The translations under genes were made by a program, and so were the position numbers. Below the pieces are notes generated by a model. That model did not search any database, was not told where the DNA came from, and saw nothing but the letters and a program-made list of their open reading frames with translations. This document shows positions 62,973 through 64,000 of a DNA stretch of 64,000 nt, piece after piece; the first letter of the stretch is position 1; each line of letters opens with the position of its first letter. Origin of the DNA: Azolla caroliniana (Eukaryota > Plantae > Polypodiophyta); assembly GCA_043228905.1 (NCBI GenBank), contig JBHGNT010000021.1, positions 7,688,001-7,752,000 of the forward strand, given 5' to 3'.

Positions 62973-64000
62973 ATTCTCACTTGGGACAAGAGTTCCCTCT
63001 TGTTCCTTTCGTGATTTGCCGGCACCGTTAGGAATTGGACGGATTTCCCTCCGTTTTGGCTCCGAATTCGCGCAAAAGCCGCACCACTATCGAGCACCTT
63101 CGTCTCCATCCGTGAAGCCGTGATAAAGGGTTGGCCGAGGATGACAGAATGTGAAACCTCATCCTGCACAAAGAAATTTTGGTCAATTTCGACATCCCCG
63201 ATCTTTACCGTCACATCCGGACAAGCCGCAAATAGGTCTTCTGTCGTTTTCGTGGCTGCCCGAATCTTCCATCCATGGTTGGTGTTTATAGGCCACTTCC
63301 CCTTTCGGTAGAACTCCTTGGACATCAAGTTGATCTCCGATCCGTGATCAATCAATGCTAGCACGGGTTCTTTGATGTTGCCGATTCGGACCGGAGTCTC
63401 CGTAGTCGCACGTGCCCAGTGTGGCCTTGTATAGTGGGAGTTCGGAATTTCGCCTTCCATTTCGGTGTCGTTCATTGAAACGGTATTTGCATTCACCCTT
63501 GGAGCATTTTCCTCCGTACTTTGTCTCTTCCTTTTCACGAGATCCACGAGAAGATCGTGAAACTCCTTCTTCGCTATTCCGAGTAGTTCCCGCAGCGAAA
63601 AATCTACCCGGCTATCCAAGATTCTTTCCTCGAACACTCTTTTCAAGTCGGTTTGTTGTTCTATGTCCGAGGCGAGCTTGAATGCCGGAGTCGCCTTTTC
63701 TTTTCCCTTACCTCCGGAGTTCCAGCTTTCCGGTATCTTCGATGGTCCGGCCACATCCTCCGTGCGCCGTCGTTTCTCGTCCACATACACCTCATGTAAT
63801 TGACACAGGGCGTATATGCTATTCTTGTCGACAGGGCACTCCCATCCCGTAGCTTCCCGGACGCCTTCCGCGGTGTTTCGGATATCGTTGGAGTCGGTTT
63901 TCTCGGTGTTTCCTAGCACCTCCGGCCAGAAAGACGCCTTCGCTCCCGATGACTCCCCGACACATATTCCCGCGGTTGTCGCATAGTTGCTTCTTGCCGC
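62963..64000 (-). CDS. Gypsy gag C-terminus plus aspartic protease
   Basis: Intact ORF (62963-63919 in the track, probably entering from outside the window) with HWARAT and the DHGSEINL protease motif; ends M-D-F-stop. Confidence 0.85.
   Translation of the reverse strand, partial: AARSNYATTAGICVGESSGAKASFWPEVLGNTEKTDSNDIRNTAEGVREATGWECPVDKNSIYALCQLHEVYVDEKRRRTEDVAGPSKIPESWNSGGKGKEKATPAFKLASDIEQQTDLKRVFEERILDSRVDFSLRELLGIAKKEFHDLLVDLVKRKRQSTEENAPRVNANTVSMNDTEMEGEIPNSHYTRPHWARATTETPVRIGNIKEPVLALIDHGSEINLMSKEFYRKGKWPINTNHGWKIRAATKTTEDLFAACPDVTVKIGDVEIDQNFFVQDEVSHSVILGQPFITASRMETKVLDSGAAFARIRSQNGGKSVQFLTVPANHERNKRELLSQVRMDF

Larger units (their letters stand above)
61211..64000 (-). mobile_element. 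Ty3/gypsy retrotransposon: 3' LTR 61211-62039, PPT, internally deleted pol, gag-protease; continues past the window
   Basis: LTR TGTCGT...ACGACA; PPT GGAGGGGGCGAG 62040-62051 (minus); RT start PSSAPYSNRWFTVPKKNGSLRFIQDLQPVNK; protease ALIDHGSEINLM and ILGQPF. Confidence 0.92.

Overview
Eukaryotic, intron-rich plant genomic DNA, probably a non-seed land plant such as a fern (inferred from gene and TE types). It holds three spliced protein-coding genes whose hand-built exon chains keep frame: an O-fucosyltransferase-family gene (+, 10 exons), a UND/U-box/ARM E3 ligase (+, 5 exons) and a USP-domain receptor-like cytoplasmic kinase with large low-complexity expansions (-, 12 exons). The rest is nested TE debris: three Ty1/copia remnants, several Ty3/gypsy remnants, two solo LTRs with exact 5-bp TSDs, a LINE and a Sola-like DDD transposase. 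The main signals missing from the ORF track are (1) a polycistronic cluster of four box C/D snoRNAs at 17.4-18.2 kb with rRNA-complementary guides, (2) a complete-looking -1 ribosomal frameshift cassette (GGAUUUU, 5-nt spacer, H-type pseudoknot) between protease and RT in a gypsy element at ~62.9 kb, (3) introns built from local tandem repeats, including a triplicated splice acceptor, and (4) a transposase intron made of palindromic TAGCTA repeats. All family assignments and rRNA matches come from motif recognition by eye, not from database searches.
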